A stretch of 32,000 bases of DNA. Origin: Intestinicryptomonas porci (GTDB lineage: Bacteria > Verrucomicrobiota > Verrucomicrobiia > Opitutales > Intestinicryptomonadaceae). The DNA is taken from the NCBI RefSeq assembly GCF_033971905.1, contig NZ_JALBUT010000009.1, positions 8,615 to 40,614 of the forward strand. The letters run 5' to 3'. The position numbers and the translations under genes are program-made. Below are positions 18,153 to 30,149 of the stretch, in pieces. The notes under the pieces were generated by a model. It was not told where the DNA came from. It did not search any database and saw only the letters and a program-made list of their open reading frames with translations. Within the stretch, counting starts at the first letter, position 1, and the number at the start of each line of letters is the position of its first letter.

Positions 18153-19325
18153 ATGTCTAATTTTGGCAATTTCATAAAGGCGGTTGGTATCGGCGGAGGC
18201 GGTGTAAACTCCCTCGAATACTTGCGCGGCGCTCTATGCGGCGGCTCGTGCCTTGCCATAAACACAGACGCAAAATCAATCGAAGCCTCTTTGGCGGAAG
18301 AAAAAATTTTAATAGGTAAATCAATAACGCGCTCAATGGGCGCGGGCGGGGACATATCTCTTGCAGAACGCGCGGCGCAAGACGACTTGGACGCGATAAA
18401 GGCGGCGTTTGAAAATGTAAAGCTTCTATTTATAACAGTGTCATTGGGCGGCGGCACAGGGTCTGCGGTCGCTCCCGTTGCGGCAAAAATAGCGAGGGAT
18501 TTAGGTATTTGCGTGATAGCTTTCTGCACCCTTCCATTCAGCTTCGAGGGACAAGGCAAGACGAGAGTGGCCGAAAACGCATTCAAAAAAATGCGGGCAA
18601 TATGCAATGCGGCAATAGCCCTGCCAAACGACGAGATGCTCGCAGAAAGCGCGCAGGCAAACATAATTTCAGCATTTGAAAAGGCAAGCCTTTGCGTCAG
18701 GGCGGCGACGGGGTCTATTTCAAACCTCGTCTCGGAACGCGGATTTATAAATGTCGATTTCAATTCGCTAAAAAACACCCTGCAAACCCCTGCCCCCGCA
18801 AAAACGGCATTCGCATTCGGCTCGGGGCAAGGCGCAAATTATGTCTCAAAGGCGTTAAAAAACTTTGAATCTTTCCCCGCGCTGAAATCCAAATTTTCCG
18901 CCCAAAAAGCGGACAAGCTTTTGGTGGGAGTGCGCGCGGGAAGCGACACGCAAATGGCGCAATTAAAAGAAACCCTGATTTCAATGGCGTCAAAATTCAC
19001 AAACAGCGAAAACGTCAGCTTCGGAGTAATCATCGAACCGTCTTTTCAAAAGCGCATAGAGCTTACGGCTATCGGACTTGAAGTATCGGAAGAGCTGTTT
19101 GAAGAGCCCGAGGAAGAGGAAAAGCCAAAAGAAGCGCAAAAAAAGCCACGCAAGATACGCCACAACAAAAATATCGAACAAAACCAGAGCGAATTCGACT
19201 TCGTGGACGTCGATTTGAAACGCGGATTTTTTGACGACACCGCGCGCAACATTTACGGCAAGGAAGATTTGGACGTTCCCACTTTTATGCGCCGCAACAT
19301 AAAAATTCAAATTTCAAAAAAATAG
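18153..19325 (+). CDS. ftsZ: Cell division GTPase FtsZ
   Basis: It contains GIGGGGVN, the tubulin signature GGGTGSAVAPV and the T7-loop region PNDEML. An E/K-rich linker leads to the conserved C-terminal peptide DLDVPTFMRR. Confidence 0.95.
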   Translation: MSNFGNFIKAVGIGGGGVNSLEYLRGALCGGSCLAINTDAKSIEASLAEEKILIGKSITRSMGAGGDISLAERAAQDDLDAIKAAFENVKLLFITVSLGGGTGSAVAPVAAKIARDLGICVIAFCTLPFSFEGQGKTRVAENAFKKMRAICNAAIALPNDEMLAESAQANIISAFEKASLCVRAATGSISNLVSERGFINVDFNSLKNTLQTPAPAKTAFAFGSGQGANYVSKALKNFESFPALKSKFSAQKADKLLVGVRAGSDTQMAQLKETLISMASKFTNSENVSFGVIIEPSFQKRIELTAIGLEVSEELFEEPEEEEKPKEAQKKPRKIRHNKNIEQNQSEFDFVDVDLKRGFFDDTARNIYGKEDLDVPTFMRRNIKIQISKK

Positions 19326-19328
19326 GCT

Positions 19329-19883
19329 TTAATTTATAAACGAGTCCAAAAGTGCAATTAAAATCATAACAAAAATAATTGCCGACTTTGCAAATACGCC
19401 CAAAAGCGTGCCCCAAAAAGCCCCTTTGCCCGAACGCCAAGCCATTTTTGAATCGCCCCATGCCCTCTCGAAAACAAACGCAAAAAGAGGCGGAGAGAAA
19501 AATATTGCAAGAAGCGCAAGCGGCGGAAAGGCAAAAGAAAAAACTATTCCGAACACCACCCCGAAAAGCGCGCCACGCGCCCCCTGCCTCGTGGGAGTGT
19601 ATTTTATCGGCAACCAAAAATCCAAAACTTGCGCAAACAGCGCAAGAGCCGCGCATATAAATACGCTAAGCCATGACATGGAATAAAATCCTATTGTAAG
19701 CTTCCAAATTAGAATTCCGCAAAACGCGAGAAACACACCGGGAAGCATAGGCAGAATGCACCCCAAAAACGAAACGGCAAAAATGATTAAAAGAACCGCT
19801 GAAATTGCCACAAACTCCCCGAAAGACCAAACTGCGTCTTTGTTCTCGCATATTGAAAGCCATATGTCCCGCAAGCATTCCAT
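19329..19883 (-). CDS. Small polytopic membrane protein, DUF456-like
   Basis: The product is 184 aa with 4-5 hydrophobic helices. The patterns LPMLPGVFLAFCG and ...RQGARGALFGVVFGIVF...FVFERAW... resemble my recollection of the DUF456 family. This is not verified by a search. Confidence 0.5.
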   Translation of the reverse strand: MECLRDIWLSICENKDAVWSFGEFVAISAVLLIIFAVSFLGCILPMLPGVFLAFCGILIWKLTIGFYSMSWLSVFICAALALFAQVLDFWLPIKYTPTRQGARGALFGVVFGIVFSFAFPPLALLAIFFSPPLFAFVFERAWGDSKMAWRSGKGAFWGTLLGVFAKSAIIFVMILIALLDSFIN

Positions 19884-19886
19884 GGA

Positions 19887-20624
19887 TTAGTTTTCCTTAT
19901 TCCTTGTATCAGCATTTTCTTCAAAATTCCCACTCGGATTTTTTAACCAATTAAACCCGAAAACAGCCTCGTCGGACACTTTGACTCCATGTTCCAAAAG
20001 GCGGTTTTTCGCAAACTGCGCCAGAGTTTTTTCCGCCGCGGAGCGCGCAAGCGCAAAATTTTCAAACGAACCTCCGCGCTTTCTGTAATTGTCAACGACA
20101 TTCATAACCAAGCGAGAGCGCAGCATTTCGGCAGTCGATTCAAAACGAGTGAATTTTGAATTTTTAGACGAAAAGCCAAGCTTTGAAATGTCAACTATCG
20201 TCGCGGTGTCGTCAAAAAGAATTTCAGGAAGCCATATATCTACATACTCAAAACTTCTGCCGTCTCTTTTTTCGTCGGAATAAACAATCTTCCACCTCGC
20301 GTCGTTTACAGGCACATAGTAGTTGTAAAACGCGGGCAGAGGCTCCAAATAAAAAACCAAATCAGGCATAAGCTCGCGCTTTAAAACGATTTTATCCTCT
20401 ATCTCGCCATGAATTGTCGCAATTACCCATTTGTCGGCAGGCATTGAATTTTTAATCGTCGCGGAGGAAAGAGTGATTATCCTGCCGCCGCGCGCGCAAG
20501 CCAAAACTTCGTCGGCAAGCCCGCTTGCGATAAAATAAAATATTGCGCCCGAAAGCAGAAACAAAAATGCAAGCGCAAGAAAAGCGGCGCGTTTTAGTTT
20601 TCTCATATAACCAAAAATCCTCAT
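19887..20624 (-). CDS. Hypothetical N-terminally membrane-anchored protein (245 aa)
   Basis: It has a signal-anchor (MRKLKRAAFLALAFLFLLSGAIFYFIA) followed by a soluble domain with no motif I recognise. The start could be ATG 20624 or 20606. Confidence 0.6.
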   Translation of the reverse strand: MRIFGYMRKLKRAAFLALAFLFLLSGAIFYFIASGLADEVLACARGGRIITLSSATIKNSMPADKWVIATIHGEIEDKIVLKRELMPDLVFYLEPLPAFYNYYVPVNDARWKIVYSDEKRDGRSFEYVDIWLPEILFDDTATIVDISKLGFSSKNSKFTRFESTAEMLRSRLVMNVVDNYRKRGGSFENFALARSAAEKTLAQFAKNRLLEHGVKVSDEAVFGFNWLKNPSGNFEENADTRNKEN

Positions 20625-20670
20625 ACAAAAACTTTACGAAAAAAAACGCACAAAACGCGAGAAAATTTTG

Positions 20671-22197
20671 CTAACGCCTGTCGAGAGAACGATAGTTTAT
20701 TGCTTCAAGCAAATGCCTGCGCTGAATTTTTTCGGAATTGTCCAAGTCGGCAATGGTTCTTGAAACTTTTATAATCCTGTCCCACGCACGGGCAGAAAGG
20801 TTTAGGCTTTCCATCGCCGAGGCAAGCATGGAACGCAAGTCGCCGTCCAAAGAGCAATACGCCTTTATATGCTTTGATGACATTGAAGCATTGTTGCGTA
20901 TGCCCGAATCGGCAAAACGCTCCGATTGTATCTTGCGGGCGGCATCAATTCTCTTTCTGATTTCCGCCGAGCTTTCCCCCTGTGCAGACGAGCCTATTTC
21001 GTCCAAGGATATGGCGGGAGCTTCAACATGTATGTCTATCCTGTCAAGAAGAGGCCCCGATATTTTCGAGCGGTAACGCTGTATCTGAAGAGGCGTGCAA
21101 TGGCAGGCATGGCGTTTATCCCCGTAATATCCGCACGGGCATGGATTCATTGCCGCAACAAGCATAAACTTGCACGGGATTTCCACCTTGCCCGCAGAGC
21201 GCGATATGCTGACATATCCGTCCTCCAAAGGCTGGCGCATCACTTCAAGCGCGCTGCGCTTAAATTCCGGAAGCTCGTCCAAAAACAAGACACCGTTATG
21301 GGCAAGAGAAATTTCTCCGGGCTTTGGAACAGAGCCGCCTCCTATCAAGCCAACGTCGCTGATTGTGTGGTGCGGAGAGCGGAACGGACGCTTGAAAAAT
21401 TTGTTTTCGCCGTCCCTTGAAATTCCCGCAGCGGAGTAAATGCCCAAAACTTCCAAAAATTCTTCGAGAGTGGGCATTGGCATTATGGAGGGTATTCTCT
21501 TTGCAATCATGCTCTTGCCGGAACCCGGAGGGCCAACCATGAGCAGATTATGCCCGCCCGCAACCGCAACTTCAACCGCCCTTCTAACTTGAAGCTGCCC
21601 CTTGACTTCGGAAAAATCGGGCATATAACTTTCGCCCGCCCTTCTTGAATAAGGGGAATCTTCAAGGGCGACAGGCTTTAATTCGATTTTCCCGTTTAGG
21701 AAATCCACAACTTCAACAAGACTGTCGGCAGCGATTACTTCAATTCCCTCCACAAGCGCGGCTTCGTAAGCGGACTCGCGGGGCAAAATCACACCGCGCT
21801 TCAATTTTCTTGCAAGAAGAGCAAGCGAAACACCGCCGTAAATGCTCCTTATTTGCCCCGATAGCGCAAGCTCGCCCGCAATGACATACCCGCTCATTTT
21901 TTCAGGCGCAATCCTGCCCGTTGACGCCAGCAATCCAAGCGCGATTGGCAGGTCGTACATGGGGCCTTCCTTGCGAATGTCGCCAGGCGCCAGATTTATC
22001 GTGGTGCGTGTTTGGGGCATCGCAAAGCCGCTGTTTGCCAAAGCGGAGCAAACCCTGTCCTGCGACTCTTTCACTGCGGCGTCGGGAAGCCCCACCATAA
22101 AAACGCGCGGTTCCCCTTTTTCCCCCGAGTTTACTTCCACTTCGACAGGCAAGGCGTCAACGCCTACAAGCGCGCCCGAATGTACGGTTGAAAGCAT
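20671..22197 (-). CDS. comM: Mg-chelatase-like AAA+ ATPase YifB/ComM family
   Basis: The N-terminal Lon-like domain begins [22 protein letters not shown]. Walker A (GPPGSGKSM) and Walker B (LFLDELPEF) are present. The length (508 aa) is typical. Confidence 0.92.
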   Translation of the reverse strand: MLSTVHSGALVGVDALPVEVEVNSGEKGEPRVFMVGLPDAAVKESQDRVCSALANSGFAMPQTRTTINLAPGDIRKEGPMYDLPIALGLLASTGRIAPEKMSGYVIAGELALSGQIRSIYGGVSLALLARKLKRGVILPRESAYEAALVEGIEVIAADSLVEVVDFLNGKIELKPVALEDSPYSRRAGESYMPDFSEVKGQLQVRRAVEVAVAGGHNLLMVGPPGSGKSMIAKRIPSIMPMPTLEEFLEVLGIYSAAGISRDGENKFFKRPFRSPHHTISDVGLIGGGSVPKPGEISLAHNGVLFLDELPEFKRSALEVMRQPLEDGYVSISRSAGKVEIPCKFMLVAAMNPCPCGYYGDKRHACHCTPLQIQRYRSKISGPLLDRIDIHVEAPAISLDEIGSSAQGESSAEIRKRIDAARKIQSERFADSGIRNNASMSSKHIKAYCSLDGDLRSMLASAMESLNLSARAWDRIIKVSRTIADLDNSEKIQRRHLLEAINYRSLDRR

Positions 22198-22198
22198 T

Positions 22199-22546
22199 TT
22201 AAAGTTTCAATTCAACCGCATCTTTCCAAAGGGCTTCAAGCTTGTACTGCCCGCGCTGTTCTTCAAGGAATATGTGCGCCATAAAGTCGAACGCGTCAAC
22301 AACAATCCATCCGCTTCCCGCGGCATAGTCCCTGCCGACCGCCTCTACGCCGTTTTCCTTCAACACGGCATCAAGCGATGCCGCAAGAGCCTTCATGTGC
22401 GGCTCGGAATTGGCGGTCGCCAAAATGAAATAGTTTGTTATCGGAGATTTGCCCCTTACGTCCAAGATTTTTAGGTCGATTGCCTTTTTGTCTTCGAGGG
22501 CGTCGCGGCAGGCTGTTAAAATTTTTAAGATGTCTTCTTCTTGCAT
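22199..22546 (-). CDS. rsfS: Ribosome silencing factor RsfS (iojap/YbeB)
   Basis: The product is 115 aa with the motif [24 protein letters not shown]. It shows the classic linkage immediately downstream of nadD. Confidence 0.9.
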   Translation of the reverse strand: MQEEDILKILTACRDALEDKKAIDLKILDVRGKSPITNYFILATANSEPHMKALAASLDAVLKENGVEAVGRDYAAGSGWIVVDAFDFMAHIFLEEQRGQYKLEALWKDAVELKL

Positions 22547-22558
22547 AATTAAAAATTA

Positions 22559-23143
22559 TCAAATATAAAGTTTCTTTTCTTTTATATAATTTAAGACATT
22601 TTCGTCAACAAAATCATTTTCAAAATTTCCTTTTTTCAAATTTTCTCGGATTTCAGTTGACGAAACTTCCATCGGCTCAAAAGGCACAACTTCTATTTTT
22701 GCATAGTTTGGGAGATTATGGTTTTCCATTTTTTCATCGCCGCGCTTGGCAACGGCAAAAGACGCAAGCCTTGCAAGCTCTTCAATGTTGTGCCACTTAT
22801 GGAGGCTCAAAAGCTGGTCTGTGCCAATAATCCAAAAAAACTGCGCGTCTTTTATCTTTTCCCTTAAAAGCTTGACAGTATCAACCGAATAGCTGATGCC
22901 ACCGCGATCCTTTTCGATTTCCAAAATTCTGTATTTTTTGCCGAATTTTTTAAGGGCGATTTTAAGCATTTCAAGCCTGTCGTCAAAACTTGCGATGTGC
23001 GGATTGGGCTTTAACGGCGCGGTAAAGGCGGGTATAAAAAAAATTTCGTAAAGCCCCAACGCCTCGCATGCGGCATTTGCAATTTCCAAATGCGCCTTGT
23101 GAGGTGGGTCGAAACTTCCGCCCATTATTCCGATTTTAAGCAT
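22559..23143 (-). CDS. nadD: Nicotinate-nucleotide adenylyltransferase NadD
   Basis: Motifs GGSFDPPHKAH (HxGH-type) and SSTEIR are present. ATG 23143 gives the canonical N-terminus MLKIGIMGG. The track's GTG 23188 would add 15 unlikely residues. Confidence 0.92.
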   Translation of the reverse strand: MLKIGIMGGSFDPPHKAHLEIANAACEALGLYEIFFIPAFTAPLKPNPHIASFDDRLEMLKIALKKFGKKYRILEIEKDRGGISYSVDTVKLLREKIKDAQFFWIIGTDQLLSLHKWHNIEELARLASFAVAKRGDEKMENHNLPNYAKIEVVPFEPMEVSSTEIRENLKKGNFENDFVDENVLNYIKEKKLYI

Positions 23144-23302
23144 ATTCTGATTTAATTTTATGAAATAACATAGCGCAAAAAATGACACGGCATAAAGTGC
23201 GGCAAAGTTCCATTAAACAAGACTTTGAAAAACCACGAAAAAATGCGCAAATAACACCGACACGGCTTCTTTTCAAAGCCAGAAACAGCGTTTTCGCACA
23301 TT

Positions 23303-23719
23303 TTAGCGTTTTCTGTTTTTGGAAAGCTGCTGGGCGATTGCAAATCTTATTGTGGATTCGAGCCTTTCGATTTCCTCAGGGTCGGACTCGCGCAAAGACT
23401 TGTATTTTTCAAGAGACGCGACCGCCCTCGCCTTCGCCTCTTCCACACTTTCCAAATCGATGTTATCGACTTCGATGGCGGCTTCGGTAAGCACTGAAAC
23501 CGTGTCTGAAACACATCTTGCGTACCCTTTGTCAACCGCAAGGCTCTCCTGCTTTCCGCCGCGCACAACTTGGATTTCGCCCGCCTCGATAATCGTCACA
23601 ATCGGAATATGCCCCTTTAAAATCTGAATTTCTCCAGAGCGGGTGGGCAATGTCACACTCTCCACTTCGGAACTCTTCCAAGCTATTCCTTCTGGAGTGA
23701 CTATTTCAAGGTACAACAT
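23303..23719 (-). CDS. atpC: F1 ATP synthase subunit epsilon
   Basis: The product is 138 aa and starts MLYLEIVTPEG. It has the beta-sandwich plus helical-hairpin layout and lies immediately after atpD. Confidence 0.92.
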   Translation of the reverse strand: MLYLEIVTPEGIAWKSSEVESVTLPTRSGEIQILKGHIPIVTIIEAGEIQVVRGGKQESLAVDKGYARCVSDTVSVLTEAAIEVDNIDLESVEEAKARAVASLEKYKSLRESDPEEIERLESTIRFAIAQQLSKNRKR

Positions 23720-23720
23720 G

Positions 23721-26058
<2,338 letters not shown>

Positions 26059-26072
26059 GTTTTAAGCTCCGC

Positions 26073-27599
26073 TTAGTTAAAAGATTTTCTCCACTCGGCA
26101 CAAGCTCCGCCAAGCTTCGACTTCAATTCGTCGCTTAACATTTTGTTTGCAACGACATCTTCCAAAAGCCCCGCAAATCTCGCCTCAAAATAGTTTTTGA
26201 AACTTTGAACCGCCTCCATGATTTTCTTAACGGGGATATCGTCCAAGAAATTGTTTTGATAGGCGTAAAGGATTGCGATTTCCATTCCAAGAGAAAGCGG
26301 CGAATTGTTGTTCTGCTTCAAAAGCTCGACAAGCCTGTCGCCCCTGCCGATGATTTCCTTTGTGCGCGCGTCCAAGTCCGAGCCGAACTGGGCAAAAGCC
26401 GCCAATTCCTTGTACTGGGAATATTCGCCCTTCAATGTCGAAGAAACCTGTTTCAAGGCTTTAAGCTGCGCCGCAGAACCAACGCGCGAAACCGAAACCC
26501 CGACCGCAATAGCGGGGCGGACGCCCTGGTTGAACAAGTCCGTTTCAAGGAAAATCTGCCCGTCGGTGATTGAAATCACGTTTGTGGGAATGTAAGCTGA
26601 AATATCGCCCGCCTGCGTTTCGATTATCGGAAGAGCGGTGAGAGAACCGCCGCCGTTTTCCTTGTTGAGGCGCGCCGCGCGTTCCAAAAGTCGAGAGTGC
26701 AGATAAAAAACGTCGCCGGGATACGCTTCACGACCTGACGGGCGTTTCAAGATTAAAGAAATCTGCCTGTAAGCCGCCGCATGCTTTGAAAGGTCGTCAT
26801 AAACGATTAAAGCGTCCATTCCATTTTCCATGAACCATTCGCCCATTGCGCAACCCGCATACGGGGCGATGTAAAGGCTCGAAGCGTTTTCTGCCGCCGA
26901 AGCCGCAACCACGATTGTGTATTTTAACGCATTCTTTTCTTCCAAAAGCTGGATTGTGCGGGCAATTTTAGAATTTTTTTGACCTATTGCGACATAAATT
27001 GAATAGACAGGTCTGAAATCGGGCTTATTCTTGCCTTCTTCGTTTAAGCGCGCCTGGTTTATTATGGTGTCTATCGCAACGGAAGTCTTGCCCGTTCCCC
27101 TGTCGCCGATTATCAGCTCGCGCTGTCCCCTGCCGATTGGAATCATGGAGTCCACCGCCAAAATGCCCGTTTGCAAAGGCTGGTCAACGCTCTTTCTCGG
27201 CAAGATGCCCGGAGCTATTTTTTCAACGGGATACGTCGCGACACTTTCGATTGCGCCCTTGCCGTCGAGAGGATTTCCAAGCACATCGACAACCCTGCCA
27301 AGAAGCCCCATGCCGACAGGCACACTCAACAATTTGCCCGTCGTCTGCGCGGTCTGCCCCTCTTTTATGTGGGACACGTCGCCCATCAGGACGCACGACA
27401 CTTCGTCCTCGCCCAAATTCAGCGCGATGCCGTAAACGCCGCCCTCAAAGGCAATCATTTCGTTATACATCGCCTCGCGCAAGCCGCTCACTCTCGCAAC
27501 GCCGTCGGCAACGGAAATAATCGTGCCTATGCTGCTTTTTTTGGAGTCGTTTTCAATGCGCTTAATGTGCGCTTCAATGTCTTTTAGTATCTCGTTCAT
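26073..27599 (-). CDS. atpA: F1 ATP synthase subunit alpha
   Basis: Walker [10 protein letters not shown] is present. The length (508 aa) and operon position fit. Confidence 0.98.
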   Translation of the reverse strand: MNEILKDIEAHIKRIENDSKKSSIGTIISVADGVARVSGLREAMYNEMIAFEGGVYGIALNLGEDEVSCVLMGDVSHIKEGQTAQTTGKLLSVPVGMGLLGRVVDVLGNPLDGKGAIESVATYPVEKIAPGILPRKSVDQPLQTGILAVDSMIPIGRGQRELIIGDRGTGKTSVAIDTIINQARLNEEGKNKPDFRPVYSIYVAIGQKNSKIARTIQLLEEKNALKYTIVVAASAAENASSLYIAPYAGCAMGEWFMENGMDALIVYDDLSKHAAAYRQISLILKRPSGREAYPGDVFYLHSRLLERAARLNKENGGGSLTALPIIETQAGDISAYIPTNVISITDGQIFLETDLFNQGVRPAIAVGVSVSRVGSAAQLKALKQVSSTLKGEYSQYKELAAFAQFGSDLDARTKEIIGRGDRLVELLKQNNNSPLSLGMEIAILYAYQNNFLDDIPVKKIMEAVQSFKNYFEARFAGLLEDVVANKMLSDELKSKLGGACAEWRKSFN

Positions 27600-27610
27600 T
27601 TGGCTTTTGT

Positions 27611-28006
27611 TTAAAGTTTTGCCCCCAAAGACTTTGCAAGGTCTTCAAGCTTCATTTTAAGGGAATTTTCGTAAACGGCATCGCCCACCGTGATTTTAAG
27701 CCCCGCTATCAGATTTTCGTTTTCGACAAATTCGGGAACGGATTTTGGATTTTTTGAAAGTATAAAAGCCGCGATTTTGCCCTTTTCCGAATCTCCAAGC
27801 TCTCCCGCAAATTCAACGACGGCTTTGTCGGACTCAATCCTAACGCCCATGCGCCTCTTGTATTCGCGCAAAAGCTTCATTTTGTTCGCTTCGGGAATTT
27901 CAGTTTCCACAAATTCCAAAACGGCGTTTACCCTTTCCAAAGATATGCGCCCTTCGGAATCTTCCGAAAGCGAAACCAAGCGTCCTGCCAAATCCCTAAC
28001 AGTCAT
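27611..28006 (-). CDS. atpH: F1 ATP synthase subunit delta (OSCP), unusually short (131 aa)
   Basis: The C-terminal motif [25 protein letters not shown] matches the delta consensus (GG..i.vGd.v.D.S....L). It lies between atpF and atpA. Its ATG directly abuts the atpF TAG. Confidence 0.8.
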   Translation of the reverse strand: MTVRDLAGRLVSLSEDSEGRISLERVNAVLEFVETEIPEANKMKLLREYKRRMGVRIESDKAVVEFAGELGDSEKGKIAAFILSKNPKSVPEFVENENLIAGLKITVGDAVYENSLKMKLEDLAKSLGAKL

Positions 28007-28537
28007 CTATTTTTCTAATTTTTCAGCCGATTTTTTGGCAATTCTCGATTTTGCCTCCGCGTCAAGCTCCTCTTTCAAGACGCTTTCGGCGGTTTTGACA
28101 ACCAGCGCGGAAAGCTCAGCCTTCAATTCGGATTTCATCTTTTCGCGCTCCGAGGCAATCTCGCCTTTCGCCTTTTCGATTGCTTCAAGCGATTTTTGCG
28201 AAGCTTCCGCGCTTGCCTTTTCGAGCATCGCTTTCGCGTCGTTTTTTGTTTTTGCAATTATTTCGGAAGCCTCCTGCGCCGCCGCCGCAATCTTTTGCGA
28301 ACACTGCTTCTCGCATTCGAGGAGGCGTCGCTGCGCTTCCATGGCATCTTGAACGCCCTGCTCGATTTTCTTTTGGCGGGCGTCGGCTGTTTTCATTACA
28401 GGCTTAAACACGAATTTGTAGAGGATTGCCGCCAATATCACAAACATCAGCCCCTGGGATATCAAAATATCCCATTCCACCCCGAATTGGGAAAGGAACG
28501 ACAGACTGTCTCCGCCTGCTGCAAATAACGCGTTCAT
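28007..28537 (-). CDS. atpF: Fo ATP synthase subunit b
   Basis: It has a single N-terminal TM helix (ILISQGLMFVILAAILY) followed by a long charged A/E/K-rich helix. The length (176 aa) and position fit. Confidence 0.92.
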   Translation of the reverse strand: MNALFAAGGDSLSFLSQFGVEWDILISQGLMFVILAAILYKFVFKPVMKTADARQKKIEQGVQDAMEAQRRLLECEKQCSQKIAAAAQEASEIIAKTKNDAKAMLEKASAEASQKSLEAIEKAKGEIASEREKMKSELKAELSALVVKTAESVLKEELDAEAKSRIAKKSAEKLEK

Positions 28538-28549
28538 AAAATACGCTTA

Positions 28550-28774
28550 TTACTTTGCAAGAAATATTGCGTAGAACACGATAGCTTCAGCCATCGCCAT
28601 TGCAAGAATGCCGAAAATCATTATGTTTGTAAACGCACCCGGATTGCGCCCGACAGCTTCCGCGCCCTTCGCGCCGATAAAGCCTACGCCCAAAGCCGCG
28701 CCCAAGCAGGCTATCGCAACGTGTATGTTGCCCGTTACACCGCTATTTACAACTTCTGCCAATAATTCTGTCAT
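28550..28774 (-). CDS. atpE: Fo ATP synthase subunit c
   Basis: It is a 74-aa hairpin with the loop GRNPG and the ion-binding Glu in AMAEAIVFYA. Confidence 0.96.
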   Translation of the reverse strand: MTELLAEVVNSGVTGNIHVAIACLGAALGVGFIGAKGAEAVGRNPGAFTNIMIFGILAMAMAEAIVFYAIFLAK

Positions 28775-28809
28775 TTTTTTACCTTTCGTGATGTTAAATG
28801 TTTAATGTT

Positions 28810-29868
28810 TTATTTCTCGCTTAAAGTCTGCCCCAACGCCTCAGAATGTTCGAGTTTCAAAGTTTCCCCGCTCGGATGGGCGTCATGGTCTTCGCCGTGG
28901 TTTGTGATAAGCCCTATGTAAAGGGCTGTAAGAAGAGTGAATACGAAGGCCTGCACGCATGCCACCAAAAGCTCCAAGAAGTAGAACGGCAGAGGCACAA
29001 TCCACGAGATAAACTGCATCGCGCCCCCGCTCCAAGCCATCGAGTGCATGGCTTCCAATAGGGTTTCACCGCCAAAAACATTGCCAAACAACCTAAAAGA
29101 AAGCGATATCGGACGCACGCATGCGGAAATCACTTCGATAAACCCGACCGCAAAAAATATGGGAAACAGCATGTAATACATGAGGGCGGGAACTTCGCTT
29201 TTGTTTGCCTTGTTGCCGAACCAGTCGTGATAGAGCGCGCCAAAACCCGCATACTTCTTTACAAAATAAAAGAAGAGGAAAAACGAAATGAGAGAAAGCG
29301 CAAGCGTCATGTTTAAGTCGGTATGCGCGGGGCGGATGAAAGGCGAAAACTTTTCAGCCTTCAACTCTCCGCTTTCCATATGCTCAATATGAAAACCCTG
29401 CGCTTCATACTTTGGCGCATCTTCGGCGGAAACTATTTGAGTTTTTTCCTCCCCGACAGAGCCTACGCCCGGCAAAAGCCCGCCCAAATTCATCGCCAAA
29501 ATGAACGTAAAAAGACATATTAAATAAGGAGCCGCCCCCTTGTAGGCGCGCTTTCCCATGATGGGGGATAAAACATTGCCTATTGCGTCAATCAAAGTTT
29601 CAACGATAACCTGCCCCTTTGACGGGACTTCTTTCGCGCCACCTTTCAGCAACACGAACCTGAAAAACAAAGCGATGAAAATACAAAAAGCCGCCGCCGT
29701 AAGCATTGAATTTGTTATGGGCATTCCCCAAACCCTGAACATGACATCGGGCTTCAAAGACGCAGAGGCATATGCTCCGTTAGACGCAAAAAATAACGAT
29801 GAAATGCAACCAAGCCGAAGCAAATTGCGAATAAATTTTATCTTAAAATAATCGATAAAGTGCGCCAT
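28810..29868 (-). CDS. atpB: Fo ATP synthase subunit a (long form, 352 aa)
   Basis: The essential-Arg motif LSFRLFGN and the TDLN motif are present, and the protein is polytopic. ATG 29868 is the first ATG. The track's 29988 start is a TTG whose 40 extra codons are T-rich and F/L-rich and contain a TTGACA -35 box. Confidence 0.9.
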   Translation of the reverse strand: MAHFIDYFKIKFIRNLLRLGCISSLFFASNGAYASASLKPDVMFRVWGMPITNSMLTAAAFCIFIALFFRFVLLKGGAKEVPSKGQVIVETLIDAIGNVLSPIMGKRAYKGAAPYLICLFTFILAMNLGGLLPGVGSVGEEKTQIVSAEDAPKYEAQGFHIEHMESGELKAEKFSPFIRPAHTDLNMTLALSLISFFLFFYFVKKYAGFGALYHDWFGNKANKSEVPALMYYMLFPIFFAVGFIEVISACVRPISLSFRLFGNVFGGETLLEAMHSMAWSGGAMQFISWIVPLPFYFLELLVACVQAFVFTLLTALYIGLITNHGEDHDAHPSGETLKLEHSEALGQTLSEK

Positions 29869-29880
29869 TTTTAGTATATG

Positions 29881-29909
29881 ATATTCGCACCGCCCCCGCA
29901 ATTTGTCAA
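29881..29909 (-). promoter_or_regulatory. Candidate atp operon promoter
   Basis: On the - strand there is TTGACA (29909-29904), a 17-nt spacer ending in TGC (extended -10-like TG), then GAATAT (29886-29881). This lies only about 12 nt upstream of the atpB ATG. Confidence 0.35.
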
Positions 29910-30030
29910 ATAAAATAAGTTTTTTTCCAAAAAGCCCATTCAAAAAAATCCAAAATAAAAACCATAAACTACTAAACGACAAAAACAAAGTTTATCTTAA
30001 ACAAAAAAAACACCTTAATCAATAAGAGAC

Positions 30031-30060
30031 AAAAAAAGCCGCTTGCATTTTGCAAACGGC
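30031..30060 (-). terminator. Rho-independent terminator downstream of the HTH-like gene
   Basis: The - strand RNA reads GCCGUUUGCA-AAA-UGCAAGCGGC followed by UUUUUUU. That is a 10-bp stem (one G-U pair) plus a U7 tract. On the + strand the same position would be a C-A mismatch with no adjoining U-run, so the orientation is minus. Confidence 0.75.
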
Positions 30061-30149
30061 GTAGCTGAAATTTTCGTTTTATAAAAAAATCTGCAAAAAA
30101 ACTGCTTAAAGGACAAATTTTAATATATGATAAAAAGAATGCGTTAAAA

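Noticed and set aside
23264-23280. Hairpin GGCTT-N7-AAGCC between atpC and nadD, a possible atp operon terminator.
   Set aside because: It has only a 5-bp stem and no immediately following U-tract on the - strand, which is too weak to call.
29869-29988. A 40-codon upstream extension of atpB with a hydrophobic (TM-like) translation. I considered a fused AtpI-like segment.
   Set aside because: It starts at TTG. Its F/L richness simply mirrors T-rich non-coding DNA, and it contains a consensus TTGACA plus a -10-like element. The first ATG, at 29868, gives a sensible N-terminus.
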